DNA from: Azolla caroliniana
Taxonomy: Eukaryota > Plantae > Polypodiophyta
Length of the DNA stretch: 64,000 nucleotides
Assembly (NCBI GenBank): GCA_043228905.1
Contig: JBHGNT010000004.1
Span: forward strand, 20,956,001-21,020,000
Reading direction: 5' to 3'
Positions 25,289 to 37,174 of this stretch are shown here, one piece after another. The notes beneath the pieces are model-generated. The model was not told the origin of the DNA, made no database searches, and saw only the letters and a list, made by a program, of their open reading frames with translations. The number at the start of each line of letters is the position of its first letter. The first letter of the stretch is position 1. Both the position numbers and the translations under genes were made by a program.

Positions 25289-25693
25289 CACAGTTACGCG
25301 CTCTAATCTTGCACCAACAAGAATAACAACTGCACTCACTAAAGTTTGCCCTAAGTCATATTTATACTAATATGACTTTTCGTCTATTTACAAATATAGC
25401 CCCGATGGACTCTCAGAAACATATTTACGAATATGTCCCTTCATCCGGTGAACACTCCTCACCGGGCCTGCATCATCCGGCGCTTGCCGGGCACACGTCA
25501 TCCGGTTCTGACCGGGCCTTCCGTAGCCGGGTACTCCACATCCGGTTCCCACCGGGTCTTCACCATCCGGCTCTTGCCGGGTACTCGTCATCCGGTTCTC
25601 ACTGGGTCTTCCGTAGCCGGGTACTCCACATCTGGATTCTCTCATCAATACTGTTCTTCTCACTTCCCATCCAAAGGGACCTGTTTCCTAACA
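24973..25693 (-). mobile_element. Copia solo LTR related to the LTR of the intact copia at 37175
   Basis: TG...CA ends and imperfect TSD ctttg/atttg. Shares ggacatat..gtaaata..aagtcatat..tataaatatgacttagggcaaac with 37321-37413. Internal ~90-bp duplication and (CT)n. Confidence 0.85.
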
Positions 25694-28600
25694 ATTTGTC
25701 CTAAGAACCAGCTTAATGCCTTTGTCGTGGTTGGTGTCGGTGCCTCTAAAATAGCTTTGACCTTGTCCGGATCCAGTGCAATACCGTCCTTGCTCACGAT
25801 GTGGCCAAGTAACGCTCTGCTGGACACTTTGAACACGCATTTTGTCGGGTTTAGGCTTAGTCGGTAAACCCTACATTTCTCCAGACATAGTCGGAGGTGC
25901 TGAAGGTGATCCCCTTCCCGGCTATAAACAATGAAGTCGTCCAGGAACACCTCCATGAATGCCGGAATGAATTCTCCGAAAATCTCCATGATGATCTGCT
26001 GGAAGGTTGCCGACGCCGTTTTTAGTCCGAACATCATAACTACGGCAACAAAGACTCCCCATTCGGTGACAAAAGCGGTTTTCTCCTGGTCGTCGGGGTG
26101 CATCCGGATTTGATTATAGCCACTGAAACCGTCCAGAAAATTGTACACCTCATGACCGGCGACGGCATCCAAGACTCCATCCATGAATGGAAGTGGGAAG
26201 GCGTCCGTTACTATAGCCGCATTCAATTTCCGGTAGTCAATGCAAACTCTTATCTTACCGTTCTTTTTCGGTACTACGACTGTCGGACTGAGCCATGTGG
26301 CTTTCTTTATCGGTCGGATGAAGCCAACCCTTAGCAACTTGTCGATTTCTTCTTTGACCTTTGCTGCGTAATTCGGGTTCATCCGGTAACGCCGTTGCGC
26401 TACCGGTTTGGCGCCATTACTCAGATGTATCTAGTGTTGATACAACTGAGGATCGAGTCCCTGCATGTCCTCATAGGACCTGGCGAACACATCGCAAAAT
26501 TCTTTTAGGAGTGTGATCATTGCCATTTTGTTCTCCGGGGTCATTTCCTTGGCGATGTGAACTGGTCTTGCGTCCTCTATGGTACCTAGGTTTACCTCTT
26601 CTAGTTGGGAAGCTTTTACGCGCTGTGACATTGCCATTTCTCTTTCCAGTGCCTCCAGTGCTTGCCATAATTCCCGGATCGCTTCTTTATCCGGTTGCTC
26701 GTCGGTCTCGTTCGGTTGCAGTATGTACGGTGATACTACTTCGGCTACATCAATTTCGAACAACGGTATGATCTTCGGATTTTCCTGTAAGTATTGATCG
26801 GCCTCTTCATTTGCCAATCCTTCCAGCATGTTGACACATTCCGCATATAGCGGCGTCAATTCCTTGCTGGTACCCGACCGTGGTTGAGTCGGTACTCGCA
26901 CTTTTGCTTTTCCACGCTGAAACGTAATTATATTCTTCCTCCAGTTTTGCTTGATATGTGCTGTTTTTAACCAAGGGCGTCCCAACAATAGTGGGTAAGC
27001 TCCCTGAGCCTGTAGCTGGAGAACTACTACCGAAATGTGAAATGTGTGACCCCGATGGTTACTTCCAGATGATGTATTAATCCGGTCAGCCGTACTGAGC
27101 TTGTGTCCGCCATCCGAAGCCAAAACGGGCATGGTTCCCAGTCATGGATTCCTAGAATGTTACACATTCAGAGGTTGATCACGTTCACGCCGGATCCTCC
27201 ATCAATAATCGTGTTGGGTAGCTCTTTTCCTTTCACGATGGCTGTGATTGCCGGCCTGCTCGTGTCTACTACCGCCGGTCCTTCCTCCGGATTTGAAAAG
27301 AAAGCCGGAGCCGGTGGTGTGTCGGCGGCAGTCATTCCTGTCTTCAGTCCTGCCATGAAACGTGGTACCTAATGGCATCGTTATTTGGCTTTCTTGTAAC
27401 GCCTGCCATGTTGGGTTTTCGGGCTGCCCTAAGCCGGTGAGTTCTTCGGCATTCTCCTTTTGTTGTTCGAGCTCTGCCGCATTCCGCTCGTTTGCCTTCT
27501 TCACCCATTCGATTGCCTGCTTCCGGATGGGTTCTTGAATTTCCCACTCCGTGGCTTTGCCTTTTGATCTTGTAGTGACCTGCTGTAAGTCCGTGACTTC
27601 CACATCTACCATGTTCACCGCTGGTCGCTTGTCGTAGCTCTTTGCCGGACATTGGTTACTATAGTGGCCTTCTTGCCGGCAATAATAGCAGTATGCCTTC
27701 TGGGTGTTGCTAGATTCGGCGTTTGTGCCCACACCCGGTTGAGGTCTTGTGGTAAGTGCTTGGTTTTGGTTCGGTTGGCTGCTTCGAGTGCCCTTTTCCG
27801 GTTCCCGTGGATGACCCCCCTTTTTCTTGAAATGTCGTTTCTTGTTGAAATTCTTTTTGTTTCGGTAACTGTGACAGGGCTGGTCGTCATACTTGCCATA
27901 GTCATCCCGTTGTTGGTTGTAACCAGGGGAGTGATCCCGGTTGTATCTCTCGTACCGTCTATTATAGTCCTGGTATCTATCCTGTCTATCATACCGGTCA
28001 TAAGCGTCTCTTCGATCGCTATACCGGACATCTTGTGCCGGCAGGTAGCGCTCCTCTCGTCGGCAACGTTCTTCTTCTTCCTCCCGGTTGCTTCGTGGTT
28101 CAATTTCCCGGACCTGTGGTGCTTGCCGATTTAACAAGTTAAACTCACACTGTTCCATTGTGTGACTTCTGGAGTGGTAGAGCAAGCATTGGGAACACAT
28201 GGTGCATTCCAACGCCGAATGTCCGACATTCAGGCACGTCGTACATTGAATTGCTTGCTGGAAGCGGAGGTCCTCATCTGTCGGTAGTGCACGCTGAAGT
28301 GCGCCCATAGTTAGCCATGAACTTGATTTTTCCATTTCTGGAACTCGGTCGATCACTTGATCTATGTTGCTGGTGCGGAAATCAATGACGGTGCACACCG
28401 TTCGTAAGGGTTCCCGGAGTGCTGCTAAGAATATGGCCTTTGTTTCTTCCTCCGGAGGTGCCCGACTGAGCTAACTGTGGATCCGCTGGAACCGGATGAC
28501 AATTTGTTGAATGTTCTCCATTGGTTCCTGCCGGATAATGTAAAATAGGCCTACCATTTCTCGTTGGTCCATCTCCTTGTGAAAAAAATGCAAGAATTTG

Positions 28601-28859
28601 GTCTTTATTGCTTCAAACGTGGGGATGGTGATGGGATCTTGTGTTCGGTGCCATTTAGCGGTCGGTCCCTCCAAGGTCATGCCAAACTCTGCCATTTTTG
28701 AGCGTTCCTCTTCGGCCGCATTTAAGCGTTGGAACACATGGTTTGCCTCCCAGGTCTGCTAAAACGCATGGACGTGGGCTTTCGCGTCCGAATCATCCCG
28801 GTATCTGGGATATTGGAACGACATATTGTCGTCTGGTGTCAGTATGTGGGCTGGTGGTG

Positions 28860-29065
28860 TTGGTGGTCTTTTCTCCTCCTCTGTCGGCGTCGGAGGTCTT
28901 TCATGTTCCTCTTTCGGTGTTAGAGGCCTCTCCTCCTCGACTTCCGGTGTCGGAGGTCTCTCTTCCTCGACTTCTGGTTCCGGAGTGTGCTCAACTTTCA
29001 GTGTCGGAGGTCTCTCTTCCTCGACTTCTGGTTCCGGAGTGTGCTCGACTTCCGGTGCCGGAGGT
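28860..29065 (-). repeat. Tandem PEVEEERPPT repeats in the gag N-terminus of element T
   Basis: Visible in ORF 28759-29184; 30-bp and 57-bp units. Confidence 0.85.
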
Positions 29066-29502
29066 TCCAGCCTTGTCAATTCTGGTTCCGGTTTCGGCAA
29101 GGTATCTGACTCCTCGTCCTCCGGTTCGTTTGGGGTGTCGTTACTACTGCGGTAGTTCGTATGCGCACTGTATTCCCCTTCCAATCTGATTCAAACGCCG
29201 AAAATGCTTTGGATTTGCTTTCGCCCGCTGCCAATGCCTGGAGAAGGGATTCCGCTTCCCGAAGGCTGCTTAGGTTGCTTCCTTCGTTCGGGTAGTCGTT
29301 TTGTTGTGAACGAAGTGACTCCTTGGTCACTCTCTGGATCACCTTGGAAACTGAGCGATCCGCTTTGATGTCTTCTGCCGCTTGCTGTAAAGCCTCTCGC
29401 TTCCTCAGCCGTTCAACAAGTCTCCTTGCTCGCTCTGTAACTGGGTCGTTCGTTGGTCTAGTCATCCATTCCCGCCGCTGTTCGCTGCGATTGTGCAGGA
29501 AT

Positions 29503-29513
29503 CGTGGTCGCCA
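29503..29513 (-). other. Element T PBS, complementary to a tRNA-Arg (UCG-type) 3' end
   Basis: Minus strand ...AACACA attt(t) TGGCGACCACG. The tRNA identity is from recalled plant tRNA-Arg 3' ends (..GTGGTCG-CCA). Confidence 0.75.
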
Positions 29514-29518
29514 AAAAT

Positions 29519-29965
29519 TGTGTTATTCCTTAGGGCCGGACAATGGCCTAACACAGGGTGTCTATGGAAGACACTTCACCAAAGGGGTGCTACGGCAAGA
29601 TAACTTAAGACACAACGATTACTCAGACTTGAATTGGTTACTTAGCAATATGGCATTAGACTCGATACACGCGTATGATAGAACAATTAGCACAAAACGG
29701 TAATCAACACTTAAAGATAAAACAAGAAGCTCTATTAATTATCCGTCCAAGTTTTACATTGTAATTGGGCCTTTATATAGGTCACCGGTGCTGAGTACAA
29801 AACGGTGCCAACCGGCACCTGTTCGGAACCGGTTTGGATCCGGATCGGCATACCGATTCCGGTCTGTCCGTTCACGTCTCATAAAGTACTTAATTATAAT
29901 AGATTCCGAATAAACAATCCCTTTCACATTCTGGTCTTTAACTCCTTTGCCAGCCAGATAACACA
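29519..29965 (-). repeat. Element T 5' LTR
   Basis: 447 bp with roughly 20 substitutions versus 1397-1843 (counted by eye). Followed by the PBS. Confidence 0.85.
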
Positions 29966-30200
29966 TGGCACGCCCGTGGGACAGTACCTTGTACGTCGAA
30001 TCCCACTATCCGGCCCTTAGACTTTGTCCAAGATATCTAGAATACACTGCTCCAGGGTGTCCAATGGTTCTTCGGGAATCTGTTTATGTTGTTGTTGTGG
30101 TTGTGGCTGTTGTTGCTCCGGCTCCGGATCCTTCGACTATTGCTCCTTGGATGGCGTCTGTTCAGCTCTTGGTACCAGCGGTTGTGGCGGTGATTCCTCC

Positions 30201-32775
30201 ATCATTTGGGAGAAATTATAAGATATACCATTGTTGCAAGGATCTTTGCCATTGAAAACCAATTTTGCACCTTGGGTAGATTGGCGGTTACAAGATGGTA
30301 CACGCTTGTTACAGGTCATTACAAATATATTGTATCATCATGTGATGACATCATTATCTTCGCTATCTCCTAAAGCAACGAAGTTGTGGAATGTATATAA
30401 GTTAGATGCAAGGTGGTGGAAAATATTACAACATGGTTGGCATTCCCATCTACCATTTCATGCAAAGATATTCATATGGAGAGTCATGATTGGTGGGCTC
30501 CTATTAGGTTTGGCCTTAAAGAGACGAGGACTAGGGTCCAACACTTGTTTCTTTTGCACCGTTCCGTTGGAGGATAGTACACATAGGTTCATTAAATGTC
30601 CTATAGCGTGTACCATTTGGAAGTACTTATCGAACATTGTGCAAGTTTTAACCCATCGTTGTTGAGACCTCAACAATGGGTTTTTTCTCAATATGTTCAA
30701 AATGGATCAAATGATGAGATGGAGATATTGTTCCAATTTTTACGTTATTACTGTCATGGACACACCAACCATGGACTATGACAGAGCATGGATGACGAGG
30801 CTACAACCGATAAGTGGAACTTGAAGTGACGAGGCTAGGAACTCTAGAAGATGTGAGCGACAAGACTATGAACATGGGAAGCTAAGGTTAACTGGAGAGC
30901 ATGAAGACAAATATGCAGATCAATGAGACAATATGGCATGAAACGAGAATACTAGATTGATGTGTTAATGACTGGTGTTGAATCCCTTCAAAGGGACCAA
31001 GGACGTTACAAGTATTTATACAATTTCCAAGATTGAATATCTCTAGAATATTCTCGAGAATATACCCATTTAGAATATACAAAATAATTCTAGAATGTAC
31101 TAATGACTAGAATATTCTCCAATGTACTATACACTAGACTCTACAATATATATACAAGTTCACAATTGAATGTGGATAGTTCACAAGAGTTTCCATATGG
31201 TTAACACAACACAATGTACTGCGTGTGTTAAAAGTCACTAGAGGTTCAAGTCTAGAATGCGACATTATCCCCCCTCTTACGCTGCCTTCCCAAACCGGTC
31301 GTTGGCTTAAGGGGATACTGTTGATAAAAATCTTAGACCACCTCCAAAGTATTTTCTAAATCCTAGACAAGGAGTAACCCTTCAAGAAGATGAGGTATTG
31401 AACACCTACGAGCATGAGCAACCATGTGCTGTTCTCACGGGGAGCACGAACACTAACGGGCATGAGCGACCATGTGCCGTCCTCATCGGGAACTGGAACA
31501 CGAATATCAATGGGCGTGAGTGACCATGTGTGGTCCTCACGGGGAACACAAACACCAACGGGCATGAGAGATCATGTCAATCCTTGCCGAGAGTTGGGAC
31601 ACGAGCACCAACCGGCACTAGCGACCATGTGTGGTCCTCACCGGGAACTGGAACATGAAAAACAACAAGCATGAGTGACCATGTCGATCGTCACTGGGAT
31701 TTGGAAAACGAACAATAGCCCCTCACCGAGAACTGGAACAACAACGGGCGAAGGAGCGCAAGTGAAGTGGTCAACTCGACTTCTTCTATCATGAGAGGGT
31801 AAATAGTCGAGGTTGACCCAAGACACGGCACAAATGGCAGTGCTAGCGAGAAACCCACATGATCCCCACTAGGAAAGTGAGCGGTTGTGACCCCCACCGA
31901 AACTAGAAGGTGAGTGATCGAAATTCGTCCTCACCAACAGAAAGTGGCGTGAGACTTGAACTATAATGAAAATGCAGTGCAATCGAGCAATGATCCGATC
32001 CCCACTAGGAAAGTGAGTGGTTGTGACCCCCACCGGAACTGGGAAGGTGAGCGATTGAAAGCACTCCTCACCAAAACCGTGATGCAAAATGATACCTAAA
32101 AATGATGACAAGTAGTGTTGATGATGACGATGGTTGGGCGAAGAGGTGCTGAAAATGATGACGTCGAAGACAAGGATGTTGATGACGGTAACTCCGGAAG
32201 CAAGGACGGTGATGATGGTAACTCTAGAAGCAAAGGGGATGAGGAAGACGGGTGGTGCTCCCAGTTGGAAGGGATTCAAACTGTCACGAACACACCAAGC
32301 TAGGACGGAGCACAGATGTCAATTACTGGTGTTGAATCCCTTGAAAGGGACCAAGGATGTTACAAGTATTTATACAATTTCCAAGATTGAATATCTCTAG
32401 AATATTCTCGAGCAATATCTCGAGAATATACCCATTACCACAAAATAATTCTAGAATATACTAACAACTAGAATATTCTCCAATGTACTATACACTAGAC
32501 TCTACAATATATACAAGTTCACAATTGAATGTGGACAATTCACAAGAGTTTCCATATGGTTAACGCAACACAATGTACTGCGTGTGTTAAAAGTAAGAGA
32601 TTTGAGTCTAGAATGTGACAATTGGGGTCTACAACACAATTGGAATATGCGTAATGCTTTCATGTTTGATAATAGACATGGGGTGAAAGCCTATATAAAG
32701 AAGCTTAAAGGTATTCTCATGTGGAATTTTTGGATGTTAGAGCATGTGGGGATCATTTCCTCAAATGCATATTCA
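30201..32775 (+). mobile_element. LINE ORF2 C-terminal part (zf-RVT-like), interrupted by element D
   Basis: WHSHLPFHAKIFIWR..TCFFCTVPLEDSTHRFIKC..W. Resumes after 32620 as (Y)WGLQHNWNMRN..F. Confidence 0.85.
30752..32620 (-). mobile_element. Element D: 1.9-kb non-coding LTR element with a self-priming PBS and 48-54-bp tandem repeats
   Basis: LTRs 30752-31264 and 32282-32620 (the latter internally deleted). PPT taagaggggggataa. PBS ttgaatccctt is complementary to LTR aagggattcaa. TSD imperfect (attac/attgg). Confidence 0.8.
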
Positions 32776-32900
32776 GGTTTTTTAATAACATGTTACATAA
32801 TGTCCCTCTCCCTACATAGCCATATGATAGGTAGAGGAGACTAAGAAGTGTTGTAACTAAGTGGATTTTACATACAATTAATATAATTGTGTGCTTTTAC

Positions 32901-32952
<52 letters not shown>

Positions 32953-33136
32953 TATTTCAGTTGGTAAGGTTGCCCAGGAGGTCATGGGTTCAACCCCTAC
33001 ATTCCACAAAGGCATCTCGTGTATTAAGAGATATATATGAAGTATATAATAGAGAGGTGAGAAATTGGGTTTCAAACCCAAGATATGTGCTTGTAGTATA
33101 ACAACTTACCACTAGGGTAAGCTAATTACAATAAAA

Positions 33137-33172
<36 letters not shown>

Positions 33173-34507
33173 AATTATTCAAATAGTATGTCAAATTGCT
33201 CAAAAGATGATGTTGTAGAAATAACAAAATGTAATTAAATTAAATTAAATTTTTGCCAAATGGAAAAATTTAGAATTCTTTCTTATTTTGCTATGAAAAT
33301 GCAAACATTTATGCTCGACATGTAGAAATTATCCAATCAATTATGGGATTGCTTATTTTTCTTCTTTGAAGATGTTGCTTGTGGCTCATATCATTACAAA
33401 ACAATGTCACCCTTTTCTTATCAATATTGTCCACTAGTAACATGAAACCCTAATAATCATCTCCCTAAACAACCTTAATAATCACCTTCTTCCAAGTAAG
33501 ATGGAACTCTAATAAGCGCCTCCCTAAACAACCTTAATTATCACCTCCAAATAGATTAGTTTATGAATTATAAGAAAGATGAATAATAACCCTAAACCAA
33601 GTATAATAGAAGATTTTAAAATTTTGGTTTATTCTCAAGTGGTAGGTGAACTCTCAACCAAGAATGACAAGCTTTGAACATTTTGGCTTTTCATCTCCAT
33701 GGCCTATCCAAGACTAATCCATTCCATGTGTAGTGATTCATTCACTTTACCATTTGCAATTTAACAAATACTTTAAACATATGTGCCATAGTCATTAACA
33801 TCTATACCCTTAGATTCATGTCCACCAATAGTTGTTCCTAATCATCCATTAAGTCTAACGTCCTTGATACAACCATGACATACTAGTGGACAATATTGAT
33901 AAGAAAAGGTGACATTGTTTTGTAATGATATGAACCACAAGCGACATCTTCAAAGAAGAAGAAAAATAAGCAATCCCATAATTGATTGGATAATTTCTAC
34001 GTGTCGAGCATAAAGGTTTTCATTTTCATAGCAAAATAAGAAAGAATTCTAAATTTTTCCATTTGGCAAAAATTTAATTTAATTTAATTACATTTTGTTA
34101 TTTCTACAACATCATCTTTCGAGCAATTTGACATACTATTTGAATAATTTGAGATACATATATATATCTTTCTTTTTATTGTAATTAGGTTACCCTAGTG
34201 GTAAGTTGTTATACTACAAGCACATATCTTGGGTTTGAAACCCAATTTCTCACCTCTCTATTATATACTTCACATATATCTCTTAATACAGGAGATGCCT
34301 TTGTGGAATGTAGGGGTTGAACCCATGACCTCTTGGGCAACCTTACCAACTGAACTACATCTATCTGGGCTCTCTCTCTCTTTGGTAAAAGCACACAATT
34401 ATATTAATTGTATGTAAAATCCACTTAGTTACAACACTTCTTAGTCTCCTCTACCTATCATATGGCTATGTAGGGAGAGGGACGTTATGTAATGCTATTA
34501 AAAAACC
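32776..34507. repeat. Long inverted repeat (arms about 32776-33439 and 33881-34507, spacer about 440 bp); foldback/MITE-like
   Basis: Arms are reverse complements at high identity (mirror ORFs 32878-33081/34229-34417 and 32889-33101/34209-34394). No TSD found. Confidence 0.9.
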
Positions 34508-35388
34508 CTAAACAAGGAGGATTTGAAGGGGAAAAGGGGAAACAAGAATGGTAGAAAGCTACATCAATAAAAGTTAAGGCAACAATGTATCAAAACTTAG
34601 GTCATCAAACTCAAGGACCTTCCTCTTATTTCATTTCCCTTGGTAGCCCACCTTCATTTCTGCCCTCTGTAAAAAGGTCTCTTTGAAATCAAACTTTAAG
34701 TGTTTTTAATCACTGTTTCTTAATCTTTTAGTCATTGCAGTCAAAATTGTTAGTTCAAATCTTCTCTCGTTTCATTGTGTTATTGTGTTGAATTGCAAGA
34801 GAGAGTGAGTGATTTGGTTTGTGATTTTGTCAAGATAAGTTGCAGAAGTAGACTATCTGAAAAGAGAAGAAACACAAACACACAATAAGAAAGCATGACA
34901 TTAATTGTTTTTCAAGCCCTTGATTCAAGATATCCTCAGTTCACATCTTAATAGGGATAGAAGTCAAGGGGTATAACCAAAATGGTTATGGGCAGTTAAT
35001 TGGGTGAAATGGGGTGAAAGGTGTGAGTATAGGGGTTAATACCTTTCGCAAATCTCAACAAAAAAAGGGAGAAAGTATATGGGTGTAATTTTTGCATGAA
35101 AAGGTGAGCCTTGATAAATATTTATGAAAAAGGTGGAGGCTAATTAACATATGATTAGCGTCAATCACAATATTAGACTAATGTACTTGACTAAATCTAT
35201 AACACAAGAATGACTCAAAATGTATGTTTAGATAGAGAAAATATCTCTTTCTTTCGGATTTAAGGTTTTGGGTTTGGGTTTGGTTTTCGGGTTTAGGGTT
35301 CGTTGATCGAGAGATCAAAACAAGGAGTGTCGATGATTAGCAATAGGTGGGTGCAAGTATGCACAAGGTAGAGTAAGAGTTAGAGAAT

Positions 35389-35424
<36 letters not shown>

Positions 35425-35721
35425 AAGAGTGGAGAGGGGAAGAAGAAGAAGTAAATTTGTTTTTGTTGATGTGCTCTCTATCGTCAACAAAATTGGGCAG
35501 TGCCACAAAGACGAGCGTTAAAAAACCCTCAATTAGAGCTTCGTAACGAGATATAACAAGTTAAATTTGGTGGTCTGTACGAGAAGCATCGATAGAAATA
35601 ATGAATTCTTGTGTTGTCGGCATCCACATACTCAACACACATTGTAGGTCTTCTATTGTCTTCATCATCTTTGACCTCTTAAATTGGGTGAGTTCCAGTT
35701 GTCTCTCTTGTTCATGGAAAA

Positions 35722-36705
35722 TTGTTTTTATCTTGGATCGAAATCACATCAAGAATAATGGATATAAACATGAATTCCTCACAAATTGTGGGGGACATCA
35801 ATATAGAAACAATTGATCCAAAAAAGAGTAATGTGATGGTTGAATGTAATCGTGAAAGGGAAGACATTGGAAGCTCTAAGAGGTTGAAGGGTATTGAGGA
35901 AATTAATGAGAAAAAATTGACATATGCCGAAGTAATACACGTAGATGAGGTTGACAAGGATCATTGTAATTGGGATAATTTATGGGCAATTGCATTGATG
36001 TGGAAGAAAATGAAAATGAAAGTGAAAGAATGCATTGATGTGGAAGTTGATGATATTATGGAAGAAATGAAAACGAAGTGAAAGAATGCATTGATGTGAA
36101 GTTGATGCTAATGCATTGTTGCAATCTTTTGATGTATTCTATGATCGTGCGGTTATATTATTTTTTATCGGGAAACTCCCATACATTAATTGGATTAAAC
36201 AACGGTTGAACACAATCGTGTCACTAAATTGTGTTGAAAATATATATGCAGGACCACAAGGGTTTTATGATGTAGTATTTAGTTCACTAGAACATCAGAG
36301 TGCATTGTTGGCTAAATAAACAATTGGTGCATGTAATGCAATGGTCCCCCATAGTGGACTATCATGCTTTGTTAAAACAAGAATGCCCTGTTTGGGTAAC
36401 AATGAATTGTAAGCATGCTTTTTTATGGCCACTTTTACCAGAGTTCATGAGTCAAATGGGTAAAATGTTGGTATCTCCACATGCAAATGCTACAAGTAAG
36501 GGCAGATTTTGTGTGTTATGGGATAGAAGTTGTAAGAGGCCAGGATGGGTGCGTAGGAACACACTTGGTATGAAAAGACTTTGTTTTAAATTGAAGTGGG
36601 AGACATTTGCAGGTCATTGTTTTGGATGTGGGGAATGGGGTTACTTTATGGTGGAATGCCATCGTCATTGTCCTTCAACTATAAAGGTTTCTAATGAATA
36701 GAATA
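35722..36705 (+). pseudogene. LINE ORF1 fragment (DUF4283-like region plus zinc knuckle)
   Basis: GFYDVVF, VHVMQWSP, CPVWV and CFGCGEWGY(F)MVEC. Stops present; truncated at about 36706. Confidence 0.7.
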
Positions 36706-37174
36706 GTCTCCAATGAGGACCACACATGGTTGCCTGCGTTGACCCGTGCTCCTATTTCTGGTGAGGACTGCTCATGGTCACTCACACCTCAACGTACTTT
36801 GGTTTTCTCTTTCAGCTCACCCCTACACCACACTTTCGAAAAGGCGGCCGTAAAGGGGAGGATAATGTCAAGACAGACATGACGACAAGATTTGAACTCT
36901 TAACCTCTTATATATAGTCAAGTGTTGTGTTTTAACCAACACATCCAAATATATGGTCATGTTATGTATATCTTAGTAGATTATCTATTTCAAGTTCTAG
37001 GAGTTTTTAGAAAGTTCTAGAACTAGAAGGTTTTAGAATATTCTCCCCAATATTCTAATGAATGTAGTTCGACTCATAGTATAAATACTTGTAACCTCCT
37101 TGGTCCCTTTCAAGGGATTCAACACCAGTCATTGACACATCAATATATAGTATTGTCGTTTTGCCCCATCTTGT

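Larger units (their letters stand above)
23881..29465 (-). pseudogene. Element T gag-PR-RT-RH and N-terminal integrase, broken
   Basis: CYYCRQEGHYSNQC knuckle, IIDGGSGVN (PR), LDGFSGYNQI and FLDDF (RT), YYASRKLS..NYSTIEREAL (RH), WGLDFVGPF (INT). Interrupted by a solo LTR at 24973-25693. Confidence 0.92.
1391..30200 (-). mobile_element. Element T: non-chromovirus Ty3/gypsy LTR retrotransposon (Athila/Selgy-like) with an extra 3' ORF, decayed, hosting nested insertions
   Basis: 447-bp LTR pair (1397-1843, 29519-29965), PBS at 29503-29513, and gag-PR-RT-RH-INT order on the minus strand. No chromodomain and no additional RNase H seen. Lineage name is inference. Confidence 0.9.

Noticed and set aside
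35261-35300. Interstitial telomere array
   Set aside because: Only a few degenerate GGGTTT units, more like a telo-box-rich 5' region of the LINE.
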